Assembly (NCBI GenBank): GCA_037441385.1
Contig: JBBISH010000075.1
Location: forward strand, 1 to 32,855
Reading direction: 5' to 3'
Source of the DNA: Myxococcales bacterium
GTDB lineage: Bacteria > Myxococcota_A > UBA9042
DNA: 32,855 bases
This document shows positions 9,585 through 18,329 of this stretch, one piece after another. The translations under genes were made by a program, and so were the position numbers. Position 1 is the stretch's first letter. Each line of letters opens with the position of its first letter. The notes below the pieces were generated by a model, which saw nothing but the letters and a program-made list of their open reading frames with translations, made no database searches and had not been told where the DNA came from.

Positions 9585-11162
9585 CTAGTACGCCTGTGTC
9601 GGGGTCGAGCTGCCCTTGCCCGCGAGTGGGCCGCACTGGCCCAAGTAGCTGTCGCCCCAGCACCAGACGGTGCCGTCGCCGCGCACGGCGCAGGTGTGGA
9701 CGGTGCCGGCCGCCACGCCCAGGACGTCGCCAAAGCCCTTGAGTTCAGCCGGGAACGCGTTGGACGCGGCGGCGGGCAGGCCCAGCTGACCGTTGCCATT
9801 GCCGCCCCAGCACCAGAGGCCGCCGCCCGTGACCGCGGCGCACGAGTGGCTGCCGCCCGCGGCGATCGCGGTCGCGCTGTCCAAGGCCACGACTTGCGGC
9901 GTGGAGTAGTAGCTGTTGCCGCCGCCCGTGCCGAGTTGCCCAGAGGACTGCTTGCCCCAACACCGCACCGACCCGCCGACGACGATCGCGCAACCGTGGT
10001 TCTCGCCTGCGGAAAGCGTAGCAATGCCTTGCAGGCCGGAGATCACGACTGGGGTGTCCGCCTCTTTGCTGGTGCCGCCGTTGCCGTCGCCGAGTTCGCC
10101 GTCTTCGTTGTAGCCCCAGCAGAGACCTGTGCCAGTGGCGGTGCGGACACAGGTGTGGTTGGGCCCGGCGACGATGACAGTGGCCGCGGCGGCGCCGAGC
10201 TTGGCCTTGACCACGGCCTTGGGAATATTGGCAAGACCGTCGCCGAGTTGGCCAGCAGTGCCCAGGCCCCAGCACTTCACCGCGCCGCCGCCTACGATGG
10301 CGCACGAGTGGTAGCCGCCCGCAGCGACCGCGACCGCGTCGGCGATTTCGGGGACGGCGGTGGGCTTGACGAGAGTCTTGGCCGCAGCCGCCGGGCTACT
10401 TCCGCCGAACTCGTTGTCGCCCCAGCACAAAACGGCCCCGTTTGCGACGGCGCAGCAGTGGCTGGGACCGCAGGCCAGGTCGGTTGCGCCGCTGACGCCC
10501 TCGACAGGGCCCGGCGTGGCGCTGGAATGCCCGCTCCCGGTCTGGCCATCGCCGAGCTGTCCGGTGGCGCCGTCGCCCCAGCATTGCACGGTGCCGTCGG
10601 TGAGACGTGCGCAGGTGGTGTAGCCGGCGGCGACCACTTGGACGGCCTTGACGGGGTCGGCGAGGCAGAGGCCCGAGTGGCACGAATGGCCGTCGCCGCA
10701 CGGGCTGTTGTCGGCCGCGTTGCCGGACGAGCAAGAGCCAATCGCCATGCAGGTCAACTTCTTGCAGGGTGGCGCGGTTCCGCAACCGTTGACAGAACAG
10801 CCCGCGTCCGCTGCGGCGGTGTCCCCAGGCGCGGCATCGGTCGGCGAACCGTCGGGACCGGCCGCGTCGGCGGCTGCGGTGTCTCCGCTTGTCGGGTCCG
10901 GCGAGTCTGGCCCAAGCGTGGCGTCGCCGCCACTGGCCGTGTCAGCCGGTGCCGTATCGTTGCCAGGGGCGCCGTCCAAAGAGCCGCCCGAATCCGCCGC
11001 GGCGGCGGCATCTGCCCCGAATTGGTTGGCATCTGGGACGGCATTGGGGCAGCCGGCTAGGCAGACCGCAAGGGCGGCTCCCAGAGCGGCGAATCGAAGA
11101 ATCTTGAGCCTGTTTCTTGCCTGGGGGGCACAGGACCGGGGGCGGAAGCGGTCTGGAATCAC
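9585..11162 (-). CDS. RCC1-repeat (BLIP-II-like beta-propeller) lipoprotein; start GTG 11162 or 11195
   Basis: Lipobox LAG-C, D/A/P-rich linker, short Cys-rich segment, about 7 repeats of the type AAGGYHSCAI..GG.VKCWG.G..GQLGDG. Confidence 0.88.
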   Translation of the reverse strand: MIPDRFRPRSCAPQARNRLKILRFAALGAALAVCLAGCPNAVPDANQFGADAAAAADSGGSLDGAPGNDTAPADTASGGDATLGPDSPDPTSGDTAAADAAGPDGSPTDAAPGDTAAADAGCSVNGCGTAPPCKKLTCMAIGSCSSGNAADNSPCGDGHSCHSGLCLADPVKAVQVVAAGYTTCARLTDGTVQCWGDGATGQLGDGQTGSGHSSATPGPVEGVSGATDLACGPSHCCAVANGAVLCWGDNEFGGSSPAAAAKTLVKPTAVPEIADAVAVAAGGYHSCAIVGGGAVKCWGLGTAGQLGDGLANIPKAVVKAKLGAAAATVIVAGPNHTCVRTATGTGLCWGYNEDGELGDGNGGTSKEADTPVVISGLQGIATLSAGENHGCAIVVGGSVRCWGKQSSGQLGTGGGNSYYSTPQVVALDSATAIAAGGSHSCAAVTGGGLWCWGGNGNGQLGLPAAASNAFPAELKGFGDVLGVAAGTVHTCAVRGDGTVWCWGDSYLGQCGPLAGKGSSTPTQAY

Positions 11163-11420
11163 GATCTCCTCTCGTCGCCCCGGCAGGTAGATCACGTGCG
11201 CCTGGGTTCGGGTGGAGCATAGCAGGATTTGCCGTGGATGTGTGGAGTCTTGCGTGCGATTGGCCGATGCGGTCGCCCCCAGAGCGAGCGGCCAGGTCGG
11301 GGTCGACGCGCAAGCGCCTAGAGAGCGGATCAGCGGAGCCGGCGGGGTACGTGGGCGTGGGCTTGCCTTGGATTGGGCATCGATTCGGAACGCGCCCCTT
11401 GGGCGCGCGGCGCGGAAACG

Positions 11421-11449
11421 TTGACGGATCGCGGAAATTTACCTATTGC
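11421..11449 (+). promoter_or_regulatory. Possible sigma70-type promoter TTGACG-N17-TATTGC pointing into site B and the Cys-rich gene
   Basis: Good -35 and 17-nt spacing, weak -10, locally AT-rich. Confidence 0.35.
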
Positions 11450-11456
11450 TATCCAC

Positions 11457-11482
11457 AACATGACACAAGGATGCGTCGTGTC
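11457..11482 (-). repeat. Intergenic repeat site B, AACATGACACAAGGATGCGTCGTGTC on the + strand (inverted relative to A)
   Basis: GACAC-N11-GTGTC dyad; inverted copy of site A. Confidence 0.8.
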
Positions 11483-11546
11483 GGCCCGTCGATTGCCTGA
11501 CGGATTGCCGTGCAGTACACTGATTGCAGTCGCGAGGAGCTACAAC

Positions 11547-13709
11547 GTGCCAGGAACGCATACCCGCAATGGTCGCGCCAGTCTCGCTGCCGCGTTTGCC
11601 GTCCTATTGGCGTGCGGAAGTCCAGGCGAGGGTCCGGTTGGGGTTGCCTCGGTTGGGATGGGCGACGTCGGGGACACGTACGGCAACGTCGGCACCCATG
11701 ACCAGGGAACTGGGCGGGTCGCTGCGGATTCGGCACTGGAGGCGATGGACGGCAAACTGAGCCAACCCGAAGCTGGTCACCAAGGAGCGGTGCCGGATGG
11801 GGCTTCGGAAGCGGGCGCCGATGTTGCAGCATCGCTGGACGTGGTTGGCGACTGGGATGCAGACAACGCGCCGGACTGGGCGCCCTGGGACGTCGATGAG
11901 GCGGCCAACGACGTAGCTACCGCTGACGACGCGGTGGACGCCGGCGAAGCGGTGCCATCGGATTCAGACCTGGGCGTTGACCTCGTCGAAGACGCGACCA
12001 AGTTTCTTGATGGGCAACCAGATTCCTCGGCAGAGGATGGCACGGACTCGGACTCGGAGGCCAAGGGGCCAGGGCCCGATGCCGGCGACGCGGCCAAGCC
12101 GCAGGACGTGGCAGCATGCCCGTCGCCTCCAGGCTCGGGTTGCGATGATGCCGACCCCTGCACCGTGGATACCTGCGCTGCCGAGGGAGCGTGCATCCAT
12201 ACGGCTTTGGAGTGCGGCGACGGCAACCCGTGCACCGCGGACAACTGTGGTTCTACCGGAATATGTGCACACGTCCCACTGGATTGTGACGACAGCAACG
12301 CCTGCACTAGCGACACGTGTGGCGGGGCTGGCTCGTGCGTCCATGCGGCGGTAGATTGTAGCGACGGCAATCCGTGCACCCAAGACGGCTGTGCTTCTGA
12401 CGGGTTATGCCTGCACGTTCCCGCTGCATGCGACGACGGGAATGCTTGCACAGTAGACTCTTGCGCTGGTCCAGGTGGGTGTTTCCACGCCCCTGTGCTC
12501 TGCGACGATGCTGACATTTGCACGATCGACGCGTGCGAAAGCGGCGGGACATGCCTGCACGCACCACTCTCGTGCGACGACGGAAAGCTCTGCACGACCG
12601 ATTCATGTGCGCCCAAGAGCGGTTGCCTGCACGCGCCCGTCGACTGCGCAGACGATCTGGTGTGCACGCTGGACGGGTGCGACCCGGCCGACGGAGCATG
12701 TACGCACAGTCCGCAGCCTGACTGTGCTGGGACCTGTTCGAGTGGCGTGCCGTGGTGGCAGGGTCAGAAGTTCTCGTGCAAGGCCTTCGCGAACAGCCCT
12801 GGCTGGCAAATCGCGCCGGGCTTCGTGGCCAGGGTGGTCGCTGGCGCCGCTCAAGGATTCAAGCAACCCAACGCAATCGCTTGGGGTGGTTGCGGCTACG
12901 GCGGCAAGTTGTATGTGGTCGACCTGGTTGCCGCTTCGGTATTTGCCGTGGATTTGATGACAGGCAAGGTAAGCGTCTTTTCGAAAGGCGCCAACTGGCC
13001 AAGTCAGCCCGTCTTGTTGACTTCGGTGGCGTGGGACCAGGACGGTCTGCTTGACGGGGCGCTGTACATTGGCGACCAGGGAACCGACAACGATGGAGAC
13101 GCAAAGGTCTTTCGAATCGACGCGCTTGGCGCGTCGCAGGTATTTGTGGGCGGACCCGGACCCGGTCTAAACGACATCTTCACGATGGTCTTCGTAAATT
13201 CACCTGGGTATCCGGTGGGGCTCTACATCGCTGGCGACACCGACGGGCCTTCGGTGGACTGGGGAGTAGTCGATAAGACGGCAAACTCGATGACGTTTTC
13301 CAAGCTTCGCGATGCCGAGGGCGCGTGCGTCGATCAAGCAGGACAATTTGGCGGCGGACTGCTTGTAGCGCGGCCAGCCAGCGGCGGCTACTTGGGCGAT
13401 GACGGAATCGATCACCTACTGGCGGACGGGAGCAAAGGCGCCTCGTTGATTTCTGGCGTACCTGGCATCCATGCACCCGCAATCGCGCCGCCGGGGCCAT
13501 TTGGCGGCTTTCTGTATGCGGCGAGCTGGCAATCGGGAGAGATTCTTTCGATATCGCCTGCGGGCGCGGCCTCCACATTCGTCTCACAGCTTGCGCTGAG
13601 CAACTACGACGGGAACATTCTTGCCTTTTCGCCAGACGGAACCGCGTTGCTGGTCGCGGAGAGCATGGCGGGGCGGGTGGTCTGTGTCGAGGCCAACAGC
13701 GGCCCCTAG
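11547..13709 (+). CDS. Putative lipoprotein with 8 Cys-rich CDDGNxCTxDxC repeats and a C-terminal beta-propeller (NHL/SMP-30-like)
   Basis: GAGGAG SD 7 nt before GTG 11547; LAAAFAVLLA-C lipobox-like; acidic linker; 24-aa Cys repeats; propeller blades (PNAIAW..GKLYVVD, GALYIGD, LAFSPDGTALLVAES). An in-frame upstream ATG lies inside site B (11460). Confidence 0.82.
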   Translation: MPGTHTRNGRASLAAAFAVLLACGSPGEGPVGVASVGMGDVGDTYGNVGTHDQGTGRVAADSALEAMDGKLSQPEAGHQGAVPDGASEAGADVAASLDVVGDWDADNAPDWAPWDVDEAANDVATADDAVDAGEAVPSDSDLGVDLVEDATKFLDGQPDSSAEDGTDSDSEAKGPGPDAGDAAKPQDVAACPSPPGSGCDDADPCTVDTCAAEGACIHTALECGDGNPCTADNCGSTGICAHVPLDCDDSNACTSDTCGGAGSCVHAAVDCSDGNPCTQDGCASDGLCLHVPAACDDGNACTVDSCAGPGGCFHAPVLCDDADICTIDACESGGTCLHAPLSCDDGKLCTTDSCAPKSGCLHAPVDCADDLVCTLDGCDPADGACTHSPQPDCAGTCSSGVPWWQGQKFSCKAFANSPGWQIAPGFVARVVAGAAQGFKQPNAIAWGGCGYGGKLYVVDLVAASVFAVDLMTGKVSVFSKGANWPSQPVLLTSVAWDQDGLLDGALYIGDQGTDNDGDAKVFRIDALGASQVFVGGPGPGLNDIFTMVFVNSPGYPVGLYIAGDTDGPSVDWGVVDKTANSMTFSKLRDAEGACVDQAGQFGGGLLVARPASGGYLGDDGIDHLLADGSKGASLISGVPGIHAPAIAPPGPFGGFLYAASWQSGEILSISPAGAASTFVSQLALSNYDGNILAFSPDGTALLVAESMAGRVVCVEANSGP
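12141..12722 (+). repeat. 8 x 24-aa Cys-rich repeats (Dictyostelium CTDC/myxobacterial type)
   Basis: CDDADPCTVDTC, CGDGNPCTADNC, CDDSNACTSDTC, CSDGNPCTQDGC, CDDGNACTVDSC, CDDADICTIDAC, CDDGKLCTTDSC, CADDLVCTLDGC. Confidence 0.9.
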
Positions 13710-13727
13710 CGCCCAGACATACACCAA

Positions 13728-13753
13728 GACACCAAGGCAGCCTTGTGTCATGT
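13728..13753 (+). repeat. Intergenic repeat site C, GACACCAAGGCAGCCTTGTGTCATGT (same orientation as A)
   Basis: Shares GCA.CCTTGTGTCATGT with A/B; starts 18 nt after the Cys-rich gene stop. Confidence 0.75.
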
Positions 13754-14147
13754 GGCCACAGGTATTGGGGAACTTGGAGCGCGAGCACCGGCTCCGGCGG
13801 CGGTGGACGAGGCCGGGCGGCCGGTGGTCGTCGGGGACGTGAAGTCGCACGGCCGGATGCCGCGGATGCTGGCGGTGAACGTCGCGGCGTGGATCGAGTT
13901 CGAGGCCATGCTCGACCCGTTCGAAGCGGAATCCGCTGCGGCCCGCAAGGCGTTGAATCGGCACGTCAAGCGCATCGGCGACGCAGTGCGACTGCGCTTG
14001 GTGCGGTTCCCGGAGTACGCCCTGATTGGCGGTGGTGTTGGAGCCCGGCCCGCCTGGAGACGCGACCAACTACTGGACATTCGTTCAGCAATTGGCTCTG
14101 CCAGTCGCGTCTCCAGCTCCAAGTGGGCCGCAAGCGAGCGCCAATAG
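13743..14147 (+). CDS. Hypothetical protein or gene remnant
   Basis: Central part (~13800-14025) has strongly G/C-ending codons in this frame; no recognisable motif; the ORF starts inside site C. Confidence 0.35.
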   Translation: MCHVATGIGELGARAPAPAAVDEAGRPVVVGDVKSHGRMPRMLAVNVAAWIEFEAMLDPFEAESAAARKALNRHVKRIGDAVRLRLVRFPEYALIGGGVGARPAWRRDQLLDIRSAIGSASRVSSSKWAASERQ

Positions 14148-14209
14148 CGACTCGCCGCGCCGGGTTCAAAGGTTCGGACGCGCGGGGAAAGTCCAAGATG
14201 ATCCGCTCT

Positions 14210-15082
14210 CTAGAGGTCCGTGCGGAGCTGCCAGAGCTCTGGGAAGAGCACCGTATCCAGCATTTTGCGCAGGTACCCGACGCCGCTCGTGCCGCCGGTG
14301 CCGCGCTTGAAGCCGATGACCCGCTCCACCGTGGTGACGTGCCGGAAGCGCCAGAGGCGAAATGCGTCTTCCAAATCGGTCAGTTCCTCGCCGAGTTGGT
14401 ACAGGTCCCAGTGCTCTCGCGGCGACCGGTACACGGCCAACCACGCAGCCAGGACAGCGTCACTGGTTCGGTGTGGCTCGGTCCAGTCGCGTTGCAAGTG
14501 CTCACTTGGTATGGAGAATCCTCGACGAGCCAGTAGAGCGAGGCACTCGTCGTAAAGCGACGGCGCGCGGAAGGCCGCCTCGACAACGGCAAACCGCTCG
14601 GTCCGGTGCGCGTGCGGTTGGAGCATCGCCGCGTTCTTGTTCCCCAGTGCGAACTCAATGCACCGGTACTGCCAACTCTGAAACCCGCTGGAATTACCAA
14701 GATATCCGCGAATCGCCGAGTACTCCGGCGGCGTCATGGTCGCAAGCACGTCCCAGGCATGCACCAACTGCTCCAGGATGCGCGACACGCGCGCCAGCAT
14801 CTTGAACGCCGGCGCCAGCTCGTCGCGCTGGATCGCCGCAATCGCCGCCGACAATTCGTGCAGCAGCAGCTTCATCCACAGTTCGCTGGTCTGGTGCTGG
14901 ACGATGAACAGGAGTTCGTTGTGGTCCGGCGACAGCGGATGCTGCGCACCCAGGATCGCGTCCAACTGCAAGTAGTCGCCGTAGCTCATCTTTTTCGAGA
15001 AATCCAACTCGGCACCTTCGTGTCGGATCTCGTGTCGGATCTCGTGTCGGATCTCGTGTCGGACGACGTCAGCGTTGCTCAT
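14210..15082 (-). CDS. kynA: Tryptophan 2,3-dioxygenase
   Basis: [62 protein letters not shown]. Confidence 0.97.
   Translation of the reverse strand: MSNADVVRHEIRHEIRHEIRHEGAELDFSKKMSYGDYLQLDAILGAQHPLSPDHNELLFIVQHQTSELWMKLLLHELSAAIAAIQRDELAPAFKMLARVSRILEQLVHAWDVLATMTPPEYSAIRGYLGNSSGFQSWQYRCIEFALGNKNAAMLQPHAHRTERFAVVEAAFRAPSLYDECLALLARRGFSIPSEHLQRDWTEPHRTSDAVLAAWLAVYRSPREHWDLYQLGEELTDLEDAFRLWRFRHVTTVERVIGFKRGTGGTSGVGYLRKMLDTVLFPELWQLRTDL
15018..15063. repeat. 12-bp tandem repeat (TCGTGTCGGATC) x3.8 in the kynA 5' end, encoding (RHEI)n
   Basis: Perfect units at 15018, 15030 and 15042, plus a 10-nt partial unit at 15054. Confidence 0.95.
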
Positions 15083-15103
15083 TGCACCCCCCGGAGTCAG
15101 AGT

Positions 15104-16405
15104 CTAGGTCACCGCACCACGGCGGGCGAACTGCGAGCCGCGCCACTCGTCGCTGTGCAGCACTTCGGCGAGTTGCTCCGCTGCGTCCCAAGCGTCGACG
15201 TAGCGCGTGTAGAGCGGCGTGAACCCGAATCGCAAGATGCCTGCGCCACCACGGCGGTCGGGGTCAGCACGAAAATCACCAACGATTCCACGGGCGATCA
15301 AGGCCTGCATGACAGGAAAGCCGTCGGGATGGGTCAAGCTCACCTGGCTGCCCCGCTCGCTTGGATCGGCGGGCGTGATGCAAATCAGGTCAAGACCTGA
15401 ACATTTCTCCTGAACTTGGCGGAGGAAGAGGTCGGTCAAGGCCACGGACTTGGTCCGAATCGCCGCCATTCCGCCCAGCGGCTCGGCGGCCCGCAACGTC
15501 GCAACGCCGCATTCCAGGGCCCGCAGCGCCAAGATGGGCGGGGTGCCGCACGCGAACCTTTGAATGCCGTCGGCGGGGCGGTAGCCGGGCTCGAAGGCAA
15601 ACGGGGCCGCGTGGCCCATCCAGCCGGATAGGGGCTGCCGCACGCCATCCTCCTGCAGCCGCCGAAGGTGGCGCGGGTGCACCCAGGCAAAGGCGGGCGC
15701 CCCGGGACCGCCGTTCAAGTACTTGTAACCACAGCCCACTGCAAAATCGGCATCCTCCGTGTCGTCGCGGTGGCCGGCGAGCTGCAGCGGCACCGCCCCC
15801 GCCGAATGAGCGAGATCCCAGACCACCTGCGTCCCGCTCCGGTGCGCCGCGCGATTCACTTCCGCCATCGGCAGCATCCGCCCAGTGCGGTAGTTCACGT
15901 GCGTCCACAGCACCACGGCCGCCTCTGGCCCCAGCGCCGCGAGCAGCTCGTCGTGGGCCACCAGTCTCAGCTCTAGCCCGTGTTGCGCGGCGACCGACTC
16001 GGCCACGTACAAGTCCGTCGGGAAGTTGCTCCGCTCGGAAAGCAGAACCCGCGCCCCAGGGCGGTCGCGCCGCTGCAGGGCCGCCGCCACGCTGAGCACC
16101 TTGTACAGGTTCACCGACGTCGAGTCGCCCACCGCGACCTGCTCCAGACCTGCCCCAATCACCGGCGCCAGTTCGTCGCCGATCCGCCGCGCCAAGTCGA
16201 TCCAGCCGGCGTCGTTCCAGCTGCGAATCAGACCTTGGCCCCATTCGCCCGCCACCGTCTCTGCGACACGGCGCTGGGTGGCTTTGGGGAGCGCGCCCAG
16301 GGAGTTCCCATCCAAGTAGACCAATCCGTCCGGCAAGTCGAACTGCGCGCGGAGCGGCCCCAACGGGTCGTCCCGGTCGAGTCGTTCGCATTCAGCACGG
16401 TTCAT
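15104..16405 (-). CDS. kynU: Kynureninase (PLP-dependent); start ATG 16405 or GTG 16411
   Basis: YLDGNSLG, NFPTDLY, WDLAHSAGA, VGCGYKYLNGGPG, ERGSQVS, RFGFTPLY. Confidence 0.97.
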   Translation of the reverse strand: MNRAECERLDRDDPLGPLRAQFDLPDGLVYLDGNSLGALPKATQRRVAETVAGEWGQGLIRSWNDAGWIDLARRIGDELAPVIGAGLEQVAVGDSTSVNLYKVLSVAAALQRRDRPGARVLLSERSNFPTDLYVAESVAAQHGLELRLVAHDELLAALGPEAAVVLWTHVNYRTGRMLPMAEVNRAAHRSGTQVVWDLAHSAGAVPLQLAGHRDDTEDADFAVGCGYKYLNGGPGAPAFAWVHPRHLRRLQEDGVRQPLSGWMGHAAPFAFEPGYRPADGIQRFACGTPPILALRALECGVATLRAAEPLGGMAAIRTKSVALTDLFLRQVQEKCSGLDLICITPADPSERGSQVSLTHPDGFPVMQALIARGIVGDFRADPDRRGGAGILRFGFTPLYTRYVDAWDAAEQLAEVLHSDEWRGSQFARRGAVT

Positions 16406-16414
16406 CGCCACCCC

Positions 16415-17038
16415 CTACCGCAACGTCCGCAGCGCCGCGCGCACCGGCGAAGCGCACGCCCCCGCGATCCGCAGTGGCAGCGCCACCAGCTCATAGTCCC
16501 CTTCGGCCACACCGTCCAGCATCAGGTTTTCAAGTACCCGCATATTGGTCCGGAGCAGCATCTGATGACAGGGCAGGTCTTTGCTCTCGGCCGGGTCGAC
16601 CGACGCCGTGTCGATGCCCACCAGGCGCACCCCCAGCTCGGCCAGGAGCGCAACCGTCGCCGGGGCAATGGCCGCGAAATCGGGCGACCATTGCGTGGGC
16701 GCAGACTCGCAAGTCCGCAATAGGACTCGGGGCGGCAGCCCGGCGACGACCCGCCGCACGTGAGCCGGCTCCACGAGCGCCCCACAACCGCGCACATCGA
16801 GCACCCGGCACGGCCCCCAGTACGGCTCCAGGTCCACGTCCGCGATGGACGGCGCCCCGCTGGCGTAGTGCAGCGGCGCGTCCGCGTGCGCGCCCGTGTG
16901 GGGCGAGAGCGACAGCGCCGACAGGTTCACCGGACAGCCTGGGCCGATGGTCGCTGTCCAGCGCAACGCAAACGGCTCGTCGCCGGGGAACAGCGGCGAG
17001 CTTTCGCTGATTCTTGGCGAAATATCCAATATTTTCAT
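16415..17038 (-). CDS. kynB: Kynurenine formamidase (arylformamidase, cyclase family)
   Basis: DISP, SPHTGAHADAPLHY (HxGxHxDxPxH), GIDTASVDP, LENL, YELVALPL, ASPVRA; first gene of kynBUA. Confidence 0.95.
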   Translation of the reverse strand: MKILDISPRISESSPLFPGDEPFALRWTATIGPGCPVNLSALSLSPHTGAHADAPLHYASGAPSIADVDLEPYWGPCRVLDVRGCGALVEPAHVRRVVAGLPPRVLLRTCESAPTQWSPDFAAIAPATVALLAELGVRLVGIDTASVDPAESKDLPCHQMLLRTNMRVLENLMLDGVAEGDYELVALPLRIAGACASPVRAALRTLR

Positions 17039-17040
17039 AG

Positions 17041-17065
17041 CAATGACACGAGGATGCCTTGATGC
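17041..17065 (-). repeat. Intergenic repeat site D, CAATGACACGAGGATGCCTTGATGC on the + strand (inverted relative to C)
   Basis: ATGACAC.AGGATGC core; lies 2 nt from the kynB start codon. Confidence 0.7.
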
Positions 17066-17168
17066 GGCCGGGGGATTCTAGCAGCAGATTCGGCGGCGCG
17101 GCAGATCCTTTGCGCGTCACGTGCGTCTGTGCAGCATCGGCGGCCGTCGCCGCCAAGTCGAGGAGCCA

Positions 17169-17444
17169 ATGGACGCAACCAACCTGGGCGCGGCGAACCA
17201 AGGTGTGCCGGCCGGCGTGGACCCGGCGGCAGAGTTCGAGTGGCACGAGTTGCAGCGCTTGGCGGCCGCAGCGCAGCCTCGCCACATCTTCGGGCGGTGG
17301 TTGGCCGCGGTCTTGGCACTGACGGTGGTCGTCGGCGCCGGCGCCGCGGTATCGGGTCCGCGCGGCTCGGGTCTGTTGGCCGGGGCCTTGGCGCCGATTC
17401 GCTACCTGGCCGTCCAGATCGACGCGAGCCTGACGGACCGGTAG
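17169..17444 (+). CDS. Small hypothetical membrane protein (91 aa)
   Basis: GAGGAG before ATG 17169; one hydrophobic segment WLAAVLALTVVVGAGAAV; GC3-rich codons. Confidence 0.6.
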   Translation: MDATNLGAANQGVPAGVDPAAEFEWHELQRLAAAAQPRHIFGRWLAAVLALTVVVGAGAAVSGPRGSGLLAGALAPIRYLAVQIDASLTDR

Positions 17445-17567
17445 CCCGCCTCGGTTGGGGGCGTTCGCCCGGCCGGCTCGGCTCGGACGCAGGCCGCGGC
17501 GAGACAACGAAACTAGGGTCAAATCCTCAACTCTCTGGGAGCGCAGCTTCGGTTTGGGCGCGGGCTG

Positions 17568-18317
17568 CTACTTGGCCGGTTCGGTGGGCGCGGCCTCGGG
17601 TGCGGCGGGGCTCGGATGTACCGGCTCTTGCGGGAACAGCCGCCGGAATTCCTTGGTGTGCCGCTCGCGGAGTTCGTCTTTGCGCAGGAACCCGGTGAAG
17701 ACCGAAGTGTCCATCGGGAAGACCTCGGGCGACAGGTGCGATCCATACACGTGCCACACGATGAGGACGAGGAGCGCGAGCATCGCCTCGTTGCTGTGCG
17801 CCACGAACGCGGCTGGAATCAGCGCGCCCGGGATCCACGCCGCCAGTGCTGCGGGGTACAAGAGCACTAGACCCGTCACGACCATCACCAGGCCGCCCAG
17901 GACCATGCCCAGGTACTCAAACTTTTGGCGATAGTCGAACTTGGGCAGCTCGGGCGCTTCCTTCTGCAGCCCCAGGTAGTAGCGCAAATTGCCCAGGGCG
18001 TCGCGGAGATCCTGCACGGTGGGCAACAGGCTCCAGCGCATCGTGCCCCGCAGCAGGCCTGCGACAAAGACGCCGATGTGCAAGGTGGCGTGGATCGAAA
18101 ACACGATGCCCGCCGCGCGGTGAATCCACCGCGTCTTGTCCAGCCCGCCCAGCGCCGCCAGGATGCCGTTCGCGTTCGGCCCCTCGAACTTCTGGGGCAG
18201 GCCAGTGACGATGAGCACGACGAAGGTCGCCAGAACCAGGATGTGTTCCGCCCGGCGGATCGGAGTGAACCGCTCGACCCAGACACTGCCGTCTTTGCGC
18301 GTGATGATGCGAGTCAT
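17568..18317 (-). CDS. Di-heme cytochrome b membrane subunit (FdnI/HydC-like)
   Basis: RFTPIRRAEH, TGLPQKF, RWIHRAAG, KFDYRQKFEY, AHSNEAMLA, WHVYGSH; about 4 TM helices with His ligands; AAAGGAGG SD. Confidence 0.9.
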   Translation of the reverse strand: MTRIITRKDGSVWVERFTPIRRAEHILVLATFVVLIVTGLPQKFEGPNANGILAALGGLDKTRWIHRAAGIVFSIHATLHIGVFVAGLLRGTMRWSLLPTVQDLRDALGNLRYYLGLQKEAPELPKFDYRQKFEYLGMVLGGLVMVVTGLVLLYPAALAAWIPGALIPAAFVAHSNEAMLALLVLIVWHVYGSHLSPEVFPMDTSVFTGFLRKDELRERHTKEFRRLFPQEPVHPSPAAPEAAPTEPAK

Positions 18318-18329
18318 GGCATCCTCCTT

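Noticed and set aside
9576..11060. 494-aa plus-strand ORF, and similar long ORFs at 7153-8463, 17925-19094, 24724-26190 and 25653-26855
   Set aside because: Antisense or off-frame shadows of well-supported genes; Arg/Ala/Gly-rich without family motifs.
14148..14190. GC-rich imperfect hairpin between the orphan ORF and the kynA stop
   Set aside because: Mismatched stem and no clear U-tract; not enough to call a terminator.
17501..17524. GACAACGAAACTAGGGTCAAAT as a further repeat-family site restoring alternation between D and E
   Set aside because: Lacks RTGTCA and the GCAYCC spacer; arm spacing is wrong.
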